Virus record (IMG/VR): IMGVR_UViG_3300027708_000030
Coordinates: 1 to 64,000 of that record
Origin: a virus
DNA length: 64,000 nucleotides
Direction: 5' to 3' (one strand)
The notes under the pieces were generated by a model. It was given only the letters and a program-made list of their open reading frames with translations, did no database searches and was not told the origin of the DNA. This document shows positions 20,264-29,281 of the stretch, piece after piece; the stretch's first letter is position 1; every line of letters begins with the position of its first letter. The translations under genes and the position numbers were made by a program.

Positions 20264-20689
20264 ATGGCAGAAGTTAAAAAAGACGAAGACTGGATGCAAA
20301 AGAAATGGCGTCCAGCCATGGGTTGGATGTACATGTTAGTCTGTATGATGGACATGGTTGTGTTCCCAGTTTTGTGGTCTATACTACAAGCAGTTACTCA
20401 TACTCCAATCACTCAGTGGAATCCATTAACACTGCAAGGTGCTGGTTTATTTCACTTAGCAATGGGTGCAGTATTAGGTATCGCAGCATTTGGTAGAACT
20501 CAAGAGAAAATTGCAGGAAGCGCAACAAATGCACCAACACCAGCCTTACCAGCAAGCGTGCCAACAGCACCTAGCATGCCTGCACCAGTACCAATGGCTC
20601 CAAGACCAGTACCAATGGCACCACCTCCAGCACCATCAATGGACTTATTGCCAGACGATCCACCGACACGCAACACTCGTAACGACTGA
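20264..20689 (+). CDS. putative holin (GTA-type 3TM family)
   Basis: KWRPAMGWMY...MGAVLGIAAFGRTQEKI motif; Pro-rich tail. Confidence 0.7.
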   Translation: MAEVKKDEDWMQKKWRPAMGWMYMLVCMMDMVVFPVLWSILQAVTHTPITQWNPLTLQGAGLFHLAMGAVLGIAAFGRTQEKIAGSATNAPTPALPASVPTAPSMPAPVPMAPRPVPMAPPPAPSMDLLPDDPPTRNTRND

Positions 20690-21468
20690 TGAACTATCGC
20701 ACGATATTCATAAGTGATGTTCACTTAGGTACTCGTGATTGTCAAGCAGATAAGTTAAATAACTTTTTGAAACATAACACCTGCGAGACTTTATATCTCG
20801 TGGGTGATATAATTGATGCTTGGAAGATCCAACAGAACAAGTGGCGATGGAAACAAAGCCACACTAATGTTGTCCGCAGAATACTTGGTCATGCCAAGAG
20901 AGGAACGAGAGTTGTTTATGTTGCAGGTAATCATGATGAATTCTTAAGACCGATGATCCCATATGGATTCTCTTTCGGTCTGATTGAAATAAAAAATCAA
21001 ACAGAACATATCGGTGTAGATGGTAAACACTATCTTATAACTCATGGTGATTTATTTGATGGTATTACAAGACTGGCTCCATGGCTTGCATTTCTTGGTG
21101 ATAAACTCTATGACTTAGTTCTTGATTGGAACTCTCGTTTCAACTGGATTCGTCACAAACTAGGGTTTGGATACTGGTCACTGTCTAAATACCTAAAGCA
21201 TAAAGTAAAGAAAGCATCTGACTTTATGTTTCAATTTGAACGTAATCTTGCAGGCTATTGCAAGAAACGAGGTTACGATGGAGTCATCTGTGGGCATATT
21301 CATCACGCTGAAATAAAAGATATTGATGGTATAATCTACATGAATGATGGAGATTGGGTTGAATCCTGCACTGCTTTGGTCGAGCATCATAACGGTAAGT
21401 GGGAAATTATTACATGGACTAAAGAGAATGACAAAGAAGATACTGATAGTAACAGACAACCTACCTGA
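20689..21468 (+). CDS. metallophosphoesterase, PlcP/LpxH2-like phospholipase C
   Basis: SDVHLG, LVGDIID, GNHD, HGDLFD, CGHIH, NDGDWVES. Confidence 0.85.
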   Translation: MNYRTIFISDVHLGTRDCQADKLNNFLKHNTCETLYLVGDIIDAWKIQQNKWRWKQSHTNVVRRILGHAKRGTRVVYVAGNHDEFLRPMIPYGFSFGLIEIKNQTEHIGVDGKHYLITHGDLFDGITRLAPWLAFLGDKLYDLVLDWNSRFNWIRHKLGFGYWSLSKYLKHKVKKASDFMFQFERNLAGYCKKRGYDGVICGHIHHAEIKDIDGIIYMNDGDWVESCTALVEHHNGKWEIITWTKENDKEDTDSNRQPT

Positions 21469-22420
21469 TCAAATCAATGGTGTCGTTACCACTTACAAAA
21501 ATATTGAAGCATGTGCGATTCGGGATGGTTATACTGTTGATTATCTTGATCCCAGCAGGTTCCGCTATTTTGATTGCCCTCCCTACAACGAAGTCAAGAT
21601 TACCATTCCGTGGCAGGTGGGCAAGAAGATTGAGGAGATCAATCCAGATTATATCCACATCGCCACCGAAGGTACTTTGGGTTTGTGGGCTAGAGCATAT
21701 CTTTCAAAATGTGGTATTAGCCACAATACTGCTTATCATACTAAGTTTCCTGAGGGACTTAAAACCCTATTTGGCATTCCTGAGTGGATAACATGGAGAT
21801 TTGTTCGCTGGTTTCATAAACATAGTGGTAAGGTATTAACAACCACTGAGACAATGGTGAAAGATCTTAAAGCACATGGGTTTGGTGGAGAAGTTATTCC
21901 ATGGACTCGTGGTGTTGATAGAGAAATATTTAATCCATCGCACAGAAACGACAATATCAATGGTAAATATTTGCTCTGTGTTTCTCGTGTTAGCAAAGAA
22001 AAGAATCTTGAAGAATTTTTTAAATTAGATTATCCTGGATACTACAAAGTTATGGTTGGTGATGGACCAATGCTTGAAACATACAAGAAACAGTATCCTG
22101 AGGTAATCTTTACTGGATTTAAGACTGGTGTTGATTTAGCCAAATGGTATGCAAATGCTGAAGTGTTTGTATTTCCTAGTCAATGGGAAACATTTGGTAT
22201 TGTAATGATCGAAGCGATGGCTTGTGGTACTCCAGTTGCAGCATTCCCATGCGATGGACCATTAGATGTTATTGATCAAGCAGAAACTGGATTCATGAAT
22301 GACAATCTTAGCGATGCAATTGATGGTTGTTTACAGTTAAATAGGGATAGAGTGTTAAGGGGTAGCCAGCGATGGAGTTGGGAAAATGCTTGGAAAATCT
22401 TCAAAAATAACCTAACTTAG
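21428..22420 (+). CDS. GT4 glycosyltransferase, Agt-like (glycolipid synthase)
   Basis: IVTD..PDQINGVVTT, HIATEG.LG, TAYHTKFPE, ETFGIVMIEAMACGTPVAA. Confidence 0.85.
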   Translation: MTKKILIVTDNLPDQINGVVTTYKNIEACAIRDGYTVDYLDPSRFRYFDCPPYNEVKITIPWQVGKKIEEINPDYIHIATEGTLGLWARAYLSKCGISHNTAYHTKFPEGLKTLFGIPEWITWRFVRWFHKHSGKVLTTTETMVKDLKAHGFGGEVIPWTRGVDREIFNPSHRNDNINGKYLLCVSRVSKEKNLEEFFKLDYPGYYKVMVGDGPMLETYKKQYPEVIFTGFKTGVDLAKWYANAEVFVFPSQWETFGIVMIEAMACGTPVAAFPCDGPLDVIDQAETGFMNDNLSDAIDGCLQLNRDRVLRGSQRWSWENAWKIFKNNLT

Positions 22421-22457
22421 GGATAACCCCACGATCTGTAGGGTTATTAACCCCCCT

Positions 22458-22484
22458 AAACCCCTGTAGATACAGGGGTTTTTT
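22458..22484 (+). terminator. intrinsic terminator
   Basis: CCCCTGTA-GA-TACAGGGG followed by T6. Confidence 0.85.
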
Positions 22485-22499
22485 ATTGCCAAAAAGTGC

Positions 22500-22528
22500 T
22501 TGTCTTTAATTGCATATTGCTGTATAAT
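22500..22528 (+). promoter_or_regulatory. sigma70-type early promoter (class A, TTGNCN-TTAATT)
   Basis: TTGTCT-17-TATAAT. Confidence 0.8.
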
Positions 22529-22534
22529 AGTTGT

Positions 22535-22816
22535 ATGAAAATTGAAAAGGAACTGAAAATGAAGCAATTAAATGCCTACATCGCTAAGAAAAACCAATGG
22601 AATGCTATCTTCAAAAGCACTCGATATTGTTTAGACACTCATGCTGATCGTCAGCGTGTTGCAGATTGTATTGACTCTGATTTGAGTCCTGAGAATTTGA
22701 CTTGCGATGGTGAACTTCCACGAAGTGTGGTTAACGCAAAATACAAAGAGTTGGTCTATGCTGCAAGTCAACTCAAGAAGTTGGATCCAGCAGTAAAATT
22801 TTATGAATTTGAGTAA
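22535..22816 (+). CDS. conserved phage hypothetical protein
   Basis: DLSPENLTCDGEL motif; ATG 7 nt after the -10 (alternative start 22559). Confidence 0.7.
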   Translation: MKIEKELKMKQLNAYIAKKNQWNAIFKSTRYCLDTHADRQRVADCIDSDLSPENLTCDGELPRSVVNAKYKELVYAASQLKKLDPAVKFYEFE

Positions 22817-22825
22817 GGATAGATT

Positions 22826-23035
22826 ATGAAATATCGTGTAATTGTGAATGGTGTATCTTTTTATACATCAGGTGCAGCTATCAAGCGTGGTGTTGGTGAT
22901 TCAGTTGGTGTGAATACAGTTGTTCGTCAGTTGTTTGAAAATATGTTTAATGCAATCGGTATTGCATCAACGATGACAGTGTATGACCACAAGATGAATC
23001 GTGTTTCTTATGATGTTCAAATTTCAAAGGTATAA
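22826..23035 (+). CDS. hypothetical protein
   Basis: SD AAGGA; lies in an operon. Confidence 0.6.
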   Translation: MKYRVIVNGVSFYTSGAAIKRGVGDSVGVNTVVRQLFENMFNAIGIASTMTVYDHKMNRVSYDVQISKV

Positions 23036-23037
23036 TT

Positions 23038-23253
23038 ATGAGTAAAATGGCAGAATTAGCAATGGAAATTGATGACTTAATTGAACAAGGTATGTCTGCT
23101 AAGTTTATCGCAATTAAACTTAACATTCCAATTCAAATGGTACAAGACGCATTTGAACAGCGTGAGAATTTAGAAATTGAAAAACAGTACGAGTTCTTGT
23201 CTTATGCAGATGAAATGGCAAACGATGATGCTCAATATTATGGAGAAGCATAA
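23038..23253 (+). CDS. hypothetical protein
   Basis: SD AAGG; coupled to the next gene. Confidence 0.6.
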   Translation: MSKMAELAMEIDDLIEQGMSAKFIAIKLNIPIQMVQDAFEQRENLEIEKQYEFLSYADEMANDDAQYYGEA

Positions 23254-23507
23254 TGAATATGATTATTGAAGAAAAGAATACAGTTGAGTATAAAGGCGAG
23301 ATATTTGATCGCACTCATGGTAGTCCTTTTGATCGTGGTGCTGCTGATAGTTACTATCATCGTCCACCAAATCCTCATTGGTATCCAGAAGGCACTTACA
23401 ATGGTGATCGTGTAGAAGCAAAAGATATGCATGGGATTCAATTGCGTGCATATGCTATGGGTTATGAATTCAACGAACGATTCGGTGATAAAAAGAATTG
23501 GGATTAA
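23253..23507 (+). CDS. conserved phage hypothetical protein
   Basis: HGSPFDRGAADSYYHRP.PH motif. Confidence 0.7.
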   Translation: MNMIIEEKNTVEYKGEIFDRTHGSPFDRGAADSYYHRPPNPHWYPEGTYNGDRVEAKDMHGIQLRAYAMGYEFNERFGDKKNWD

Positions 23508-23628
23508 AAACCCCATCGGTCTTACTGGAGGGATATCCGTGGCAGACCTTAAACAGCCAAAACAGCAGTCTATTTTTGCTGGTTACAGACTATAAAGAAA
23601 AACCAGCACTAATTTTTGAAAGGTGATT

Positions 23629-23928
23629 ATGAATAAATTTGCAGTGAATAGAATGAAAACAGCACGACAGGAAGAAATCATGCTTATCTGTCAAGAAGAG
23701 TGTGCTGAAGTTGCGCAAGCAATAAGTAAGGTGTTCCGATTCGGAGTTGATGGTGAGCACTTGGGTGCTACGAATCGTGAACGACTCGAAGAAGAAATTG
23801 GTGATTTGCTTTGCATGATCGAGATGCTGACTGAAGAAGAAATCATCGATGCCAGTGCAGTTGCAAGAGCAGCACAAGCCAAGCGAGCAAAGTTAGCCAA
23901 GTGGTCGAACATTAAGGAAGTTGCATGA
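23629..23928 (+). CDS. MazG-like nucleotide pyrophosphohydrolase
   Basis: QEECAEVAQAISK..RFG...LEEEIGDLL. Confidence 0.75.
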   Translation: MNKFAVNRMKTARQEEIMLICQEECAEVAQAISKVFRFGVDGEHLGATNRERLEEEIGDLLCMIEMLTEEEIIDASAVARAAQAKRAKLAKWSNIKEVA

Positions 23929-24146
23929 TTCAGATTAATAACCTAACCGAGTATCAAGTTGAGATGTTAGACCATATGTGGTCTTTGGACTCAGTGGAAG
24001 AATACGAGGAATGGTATAATCTATTAGATGACGAAGACCAGCAACTTGCAGATAGTCTGCAACAAATGATTATTCTCGCAGAGATGGATAATCTGATGGA
24101 CGACTGCAAAGATGCGAAAGAACTATTAAAGAAATTTGCCTTGTAA
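23925..24146 (+). CDS. hypothetical protein
   Basis: Acidic 73-aa ORF with ATGA coupling. Confidence 0.6.
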   Translation: MIQINNLTEYQVEMLDHMWSLDSVEEYEEWYNLLDDEDQQLADSLQQMIILAEMDNLMDDCKDAKELLKKFAL

Positions 24147-24170
24147 GAGAAAGACATGTATAATAAACGA

Positions 24171-24293
24171 ATGAAACCTAGAAATCCTATTGCAAAGGAT
24201 GTTCGTACTCCCAAATACCGCATGCGTGTAGTTGAGAGTAAGGTTCAGTACATTCGTCAACCTAAGCACAAGAAGGACATATATGAGTCTTAA
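24171..24293 (+). CDS. small basic ArfA-like peptide (not in ORF track)
   Basis: MKPRNPIAKDVRTPKYRMRVVESKVQYIRQPKHKKDIYES*; ATG 7 nt after TATAAT (24159-24164). Confidence 0.6.
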   Translation: MKPRNPIAKDVRTPKYRMRVVESKVQYIRQPKHKKDIYES

Positions 24294-24531
24294 TTACGAA
24301 GCAGAATTTTATCGTGCAGGTCTACTAAAGACTGTAAAGATAAAAGAGCACAAGTACGATCTGGTAGAATTTACAATCACCAGTAAACTTACCGATGAAG
24401 AAACAGGTAAAGTTATCCTTGATAGTGGACATACAGCCTTCTTCAGCAACAAAGAGTTCAAGGAATTCTTTGGTCCAATTTTTAATGAGATGAAAGTGAG
24501 ATTAGATAATGCAGACAGTATTCAGCAATGA
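24283..24531 (+). CDS. hypothetical protein
   Basis: SD AAGGA before the ATG at 24283. Confidence 0.6.
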   Translation: MSLNYEAEFYRAGLLKTVKIKEHKYDLVEFTITSKLTDEETGKVILDSGHTAFFSNKEFKEFFGPIFNEMKVRLDNADSIQQ

Positions 24532-24814
24532 AAAAGAGTTTGAAGATTTTAAAAACTGGACTTTAGGACTATTACACGATGAAAATCTCAAGTCAGGTGT
24601 GTGTGTTACTTTTACCAAGAAAGATGGAAGTGAACGCAAAATGCAGTGTACCCTCATCGAAAGCAAAATCCCAACAGACAAGCGTCCAAAGGGTACAAGC
24701 GAAAGTGAGAATACCAGCATTGTTGGATCCGCAGTTCGTGTCTTCGATACAGAAGTCGGAGAGTGGAGAAGTTTCCGTTGGGACTCAGTAACTAAAGTGG
24801 AGTTTGATTTATGA
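24509..24814 (+). CDS. WYL_2/SH3-like (Sm-fold) phage protein
   Basis: VTFTKKDGSERKMQCTL...VFDTEVGEWRSFRWDSV. Confidence 0.8.
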   Translation: MQTVFSNEKEFEDFKNWTLGLLHDENLKSGVCVTFTKKDGSERKMQCTLIESKIPTDKRPKGTSESENTSIVGSAVRVFDTEVGEWRSFRWDSVTKVEFDL

Positions 24815-25002
24815 AAATTTTAATTTTATTGGCAATCGTTATTGCAGTGGCAATTATTATGCCAATTGCAACAATCTGGTCACTCAATGCATTATTCCCT
24901 GCATTGGCAATCCCATTGACATTTGATACATGGATGGCTACATTGATTCTAAGTGGAATCGTTAGTGGCAGTTCTGGATTTACATATAGAGGTAACAAAT
25001 GA
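24811..25002 (+). CDS. small membrane protein
   Basis: PIATIWSLNALFP hydrophobic segments. Confidence 0.65.
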   Translation: MKILILLAIVIAVAIIMPIATIWSLNALFPALAIPLTFDTWMATLILSGIVSGSSGFTYRGNK

Positions 25003-25253
25003 ACTACGCATTGACACCCGAACAGAAGAAAGATTTACAAGGGGCTATTCAAGAGATTAGCAACTCAATGATTCGTACTGAAGCAGAACGAGATCTCATT
25101 CGAGAAATAGTTAAGGAACAATCTGATACATTGCAAATTCCTAAGAAAGTTATTTCAAAGATTGCAAAGACGTATCATAAACAGAATCTCGCACAGGAAG
25201 TTGCAGACCATGAGGACTTCGTGGAACTATACGAGAAAATCACTGCAAAATAG
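24999..25253 (+). CDS. dsbA: dsDNA-binding protein (T4 DsbA-like)
   Basis: IQEISNSMIRTEAERDLIREI...KIAKTYHKQN. Confidence 0.75.
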   Translation: MNYALTPEQKKDLQGAIQEISNSMIRTEAERDLIREIVKEQSDTLQIPKKVISKIAKTYHKQNLAQEVADHEDFVELYEKITAK

Positions 25254-25314
25254 TGCTTGACATTAATTGCGAATTGCGGTATAATAGATATTATATTATG
25301 GAGGTTACAAACCT

Positions 25315-26430
25315 ATGGCTGTGAATACTGCAAAACGACGTGCAAAGAATAATGCTATTCTGTTGTCACAAAAGAAGTTCGAACCAACAATCGACCAGAT
25401 TGATTTTACAATCAGTCTGAGTCGTGCGTTGGGTTACTACTCAGTGCACACTGGGTCAAAAGAACAGAAAATGTTTACGATTGAGTTCTTCTCAAAGAAA
25501 GAACCCAAGATCGCTAAACAACTCAAGAAACTCCCCGATTTTCATTTCCAAACATTTGGATCACTATGTCGTCTCATGACTAATGAACAGACAGACTTAA
25601 AACAATTGTCTTCATACAGCCCATTCTTTACGAACAAGTTGAAACAATTGCTGGCTGATGCAACCAAATATGTCGAAGAAGTTGAGATTGTCAAAGCACC
25701 AACTAATGTGATCTCCATTCAAGAACGAATGGAAGACAAAGCCAGAGAACATGCTGGTGAGTTCGAGGGTGCGATTGATGAGTGGATCATTACACGTGGT
25801 AAGAGTAATTTCTCTGCCAAGAACTATCTGCTTGCCAATGAAGTTGGTGCACCCATCGCTAAACGAATCGGTGAATTGTTTGTAGGCACTGCACAAGAAT
25901 TGCGTGAAGCACTTGATGGTGATGATGAACAACTCACAGAGGGTTACTCATACCTAACACGTAGAGAACTAAAGAAGTTTGTCGAGTTCGTAGAGACTAT
26001 CATTGCAGACTGCCAACAACAAGTGCAGACTGCTAAAGCGAATCGTGCACCACGTAAACGCAAACCACAACCACCAAGTAAAGTGGTTGCCAAGATGAAG
26101 TACATGAAAGACTTTGCAGAGTTTAATCTCAAGTCAATCAAGCCAGAGACGATTGTTGGATCGTCTGAGGTATGGGTATACAATACCAAATATCGTAAGG
26201 TAACTGTTTACAAAGCCATCAACGATGTGCTGACAGTTAAGGGTACTACAATTATCGGATTCGATGTGAAAGAATCCAAGACGCTGATGTTGCGCAAACC
26301 AGATGTATTCTTTAAGGGACTAACACTTGGTAAGCGACCATTGAATAACGCAATGAAGACATTGACCACGAAGCCAACTGTGCCAAATGGTCGTGTCAAT
26401 GAAGAATGTATTTTGCTGGGAGCATTTTAA
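25315..26430 (+). CDS. conserved T4-like hypothetical protein upstream of rnh
   Basis: VWVYNTKYRK...VKGTTIIGFD...LRKP...PNGRVNEECILL; promoter TTGACA-17-TATAAT at 25257-25285. Confidence 0.8.
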   Translation: MAVNTAKRRAKNNAILLSQKKFEPTIDQIDFTISLSRALGYYSVHTGSKEQKMFTIEFFSKKEPKIAKQLKKLPDFHFQTFGSLCRLMTNEQTDLKQLSSYSPFFTNKLKQLLADATKYVEEVEIVKAPTNVISIQERMEDKAREHAGEFEGAIDEWIITRGKSNFSAKNYLLANEVGAPIAKRIGELFVGTAQELREALDGDDEQLTEGYSYLTRRELKKFVEFVETIIADCQQQVQTAKANRAPRKRKPQPPSKVVAKMKYMKDFAEFNLKSIKPETIVGSSEVWVYNTKYRKVTVYKAINDVLTVKGTTIIGFDVKESKTLMLRKPDVFFKGLTLGKRPLNNAMKTLTTKPTVPNGRVNEECILLGAF

Positions 26431-26431
26431 T

Positions 26432-27325
26432 ATGATATTAGTTGATTATAGTCAGGTGGCACTTGCAGCCATCCTTACCTTCCAGCGTGAGTTGAAAGGA
26501 ACTGAATCAGAAGTTAAGAATCTGATTCGTCACGTAACTTTGTCTACACTCAAATCATACAAGAAAAAGTATGGTAAAGAATATGGAGAGATGGTAATCT
26601 GTTGCGATGGTCGTAAATACTGGCGCAAGGAATTCTTCGAATATTACAAGGGTATGCGTAAAAGCAATCGTGAAAAGTCAGATCTCGATTGGAAGTTAAT
26701 CTTTGATACACTATCAGAAATGCGCACTGATCTTGCCACATACTTTCCATATCGTGTTATTCACGTGGATCGTGCAGAAGCAGACGATATCATTGCTGTA
26801 TTGACAGAGTGGGCGCAAGATAATCAGATGGTTCAACAAGGATTAGTTGAAGAACCACAAAAGATTCTTATCCTTTCTTCTGATAAAGACTTTAAACAAC
26901 TACAATTGTATCCTAATGTGAAACAATGGTCTCCGATGCAGAAGAAATATATTACTGCTTCTCATAAAGAAATTATTGAACATAAGATTGAACATATCGT
27001 TAAGGGTGATACTGGTGATGGAGTTCCAAACATCCTAAGCAAAGACGATGTATTCATGAAAGGCGAGAGACAGAAACCAATGAGTGCCAAACGACTTCAA
27101 GAATTTTTCGAGAATGGATTCATTGCTTGTAAGAATGATGAGGAACGACGCAACTGGCAACGCAATGCGACTTTGGTCGACTTCCAATTTATTCCAGATG
27201 GAGTCAAGTCAGATGTTATCGGCACATACCTAAATATTATTCCGAACACTGATAAGATGAAAATCATGAACTATCTTATGGAAAATCGTTGCCGATTATT
27301 GCTTGACGAAATAGAGGACTTTTAA
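26432..27325 (+). CDS. rnh: RNase H / 5'-3' exonuclease (T4 rnh)
   Basis: MILVDYSQ, YWRKEFF.YYKG.R, EADDII, SSDKDFKQL, KGDTGDGVPN. Confidence 0.95.
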   Translation: MILVDYSQVALAAILTFQRELKGTESEVKNLIRHVTLSTLKSYKKKYGKEYGEMVICCDGRKYWRKEFFEYYKGMRKSNREKSDLDWKLIFDTLSEMRTDLATYFPYRVIHVDRAEADDIIAVLTEWAQDNQMVQQGLVEEPQKILILSSDKDFKQLQLYPNVKQWSPMQKKYITASHKEIIEHKIEHIVKGDTGDGVPNILSKDDVFMKGERQKPMSAKRLQEFFENGFIACKNDEERRNWQRNATLVDFQFIPDGVKSDVIGTYLNIIPNTDKMKIMNYLMENRCRLLLDEIEDF

Positions 27326-27763
27326 ATGAAACAATACATAACAGAAATGCTCAAGGAGATCAATGACGATCCCAAGACAATTGAGAAACACAAAAATGAA
27401 TTCTTGTTGAAGGTTTTATTTGCCCACGCATTTTTACCTACTCACAAGATGTTATTACCTGAAGGTGAACCACCATTCAAACCTGCTGATCAACCAATTG
27501 GAATGACTGATACAAATTTGTTCACTGAATGTAAGAAGATGTATGTATTCATGCGTGCAGATCTTAAACCACTTAAACGAGAAGCATTGTTTATTGGCTT
27601 ACTGGAAGGAATTCATCCTACAGAAGCTGCAATTCTTATCGCTGTTAAAGATCAAAAGTTACATAAAATGTATCCAAAGATTACACATAAACTAGTGAGT
27701 GATGCAGGAATTATTCCACCACCTGTTAAAAAAGAGAAATCCAATGAAAATAGTAAAAGTTAA
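27326..27763 (+). CDS. conserved T4-like hypothetical protein
   Basis: LLPEGEPPFK...KREALFIGLLEGIHP.EA..L.AVKD. Confidence 0.75.
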   Translation: MKQYITEMLKEINDDPKTIEKHKNEFLLKVLFAHAFLPTHKMLLPEGEPPFKPADQPIGMTDTNLFTECKKMYVFMRADLKPLKREALFIGLLEGIHPTEAAILIAVKDQKLHKMYPKITHKLVSDAGIIPPPVKKEKSNENSKS

Positions 27764-28007
27764 AAACACTGATACCAATTTAGAACTACCAGCAGAGGTT
27801 AGAGTTTATACACCCAATCAAGTTGTAGTTCTAATTAAAGAGTTTGAAACAGCAAAACTGTTTAGACAAGAGATGACATCAGAAGATGGTGTTAATTGGA
27901 CTACAGATGATGGTGTATATACTTGCGAAATTGCAAAGGATATGTTTGAATACGATAAAGGAACTATTTTAGTAAGAGTTCCAAAGACGAAAGTTGTTGA
28001 CTTGTAA
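27744..28007 (+). CDS. hypothetical protein
   Basis: ORF overlapping the upstream gene. Confidence 0.55.
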   Translation: MKIVKVKNTDTNLELPAEVRVYTPNQVVVLIKEFETAKLFRQEMTSEDGVNWTTDDGVYTCEIAKDMFEYDKGTILVRVPKTKVVDL

Positions 28008-28031
28008 TAACTTCTGTAGTATAATTATATT

Positions 28032-28556
28032 ATGAACGATTCAGTGAAAACAGTAGTAGATCATTTTGCAAAAAGAGTATTCGATATTCAATTTGCAGAC
28101 ATCCATGTCAATGCTAAAAAGAAAGCAGTTGATATCGATTGTAGGATCGTATCAGATTTTATTTCTTGCGAGAATGAGTTTTGCTCTCATGCCACTCCAC
28201 ATATACTTAGAAACTGTAAATGGTGGAGCGAGGGAGCAATCAAGAAGTTTGAATCACTTCAAGGTACTAAACGACAACGAAGAGAGTCATACGAAGATGG
28301 TAAACGAATGTTTAACATCGAACATCAATACCCACTCGGTATTATAAAAGACAAGGTAGTTAAAAAAACATTTAAGTCAGTGGAACAAGTTAAAGATTAT
28401 TTTATTAGGTATAATAAAGTAGTCATTGTTACTGCTGAGGAAAATGCTAAGTTAAACGCAACCCACAAGACTGCAGCTACAATCCAAGAAGCACGTACCA
28501 GATACCAGCAGAATGGAATAGTTGTTCGTAGATTTGATATGAATGATATAAAATAG
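28032..28556 (+). CDS. hypothetical protein, possible HNH-like nuclease
   Basis: IEHQYP...VIVTAEENAKLN pattern; own promoter at 27997-28025 with leaderless start. Confidence 0.55.
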   Translation: MNDSVKTVVDHFAKRVFDIQFADIHVNAKKKAVDIDCRIVSDFISCENEFCSHATPHILRNCKWWSEGAIKKFESLQGTKRQRRESYEDGKRMFNIEHQYPLGIIKDKVVKKTFKSVEQVKDYFIRYNKVVIVTAEENAKLNATHKTAATIQEARTRYQQNGIVVRRFDMNDIK

Positions 28557-28566
28557 GAGATATATT

Positions 28567-29280
28567 ATGCCAAATTGGTGTTATAACAGTGCAACATTGC
28601 ACCACGATAATAAAGAAGTGATTGATGGTTTTGAAACAGAACTTCAAAAAGAGAAGGCTGAACCATTTAACTATTTGCGACCAAACCCTGCAGGTGAGTG
28701 GGATTATGCTTGGTCATGCGAGAACTGGGGATGTAAGTGGGATGTTTCCATCATGGATTGGGAACGAGAAGATGACAATACAATAGTCTTACACTTTGAT
28801 TCACCATGGTCTCCTCCAGTCATTATGTATGAATTCTTAGAGACAGAGGGTTGGACTGTTCGTGCAATGTATCACGAACCTGGAATGGGATTTGCTGGTC
28901 GTTTCGAAGATGGCTTTGACGAATACTATGAGATGGATTGGACAGATCGTAATTCAATTGAGAATCTACCTGAAGACATTCTTGACTTCACCAATGCTCT
29001 TGATGATTTGGAACGCTATGAAGAAGAACAGTTCGAAGAAGAACTAACTGATTTAGAACGCACTGATTGGTTTGATGCCAGTGTCAATCCTGCATATATT
29101 GGTCGATACGAAGTAACTACTGTTGCATGGGATTTTCCTCAGTATTGTACTTGGGATGGTAAGTCATGGGCTCGCTGGGAAGGTGACGAATTAGAAGTCA
29201 CTAAATGGAGAGGACTTGCAGAAGAATATTGGGATGCAGTCGCTGCATTAGATAAGATTATCGAGGACTCGAGAGTATAA
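28567..29280 (+). CDS. DUF1281/Api92-like protein
   Basis: MPNWCYN...WSCENWGCKWD...FDSPWSPP...YHEPGMGFAG. Confidence 0.75.
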   Translation: MPNWCYNSATLHHDNKEVIDGFETELQKEKAEPFNYLRPNPAGEWDYAWSCENWGCKWDVSIMDWEREDDNTIVLHFDSPWSPPVIMYEFLETEGWTVRAMYHEPGMGFAGRFEDGFDEYYEMDWTDRNSIENLPEDILDFTNALDDLERYEEEQFEEELTDLERTDWFDASVNPAYIGRYEVTTVAWDFPQYCTWDGKSWARWEGDELEVTKWRGLAEEYWDAVAALDKIIEDSRV

Positions 29281-29281
29281 A

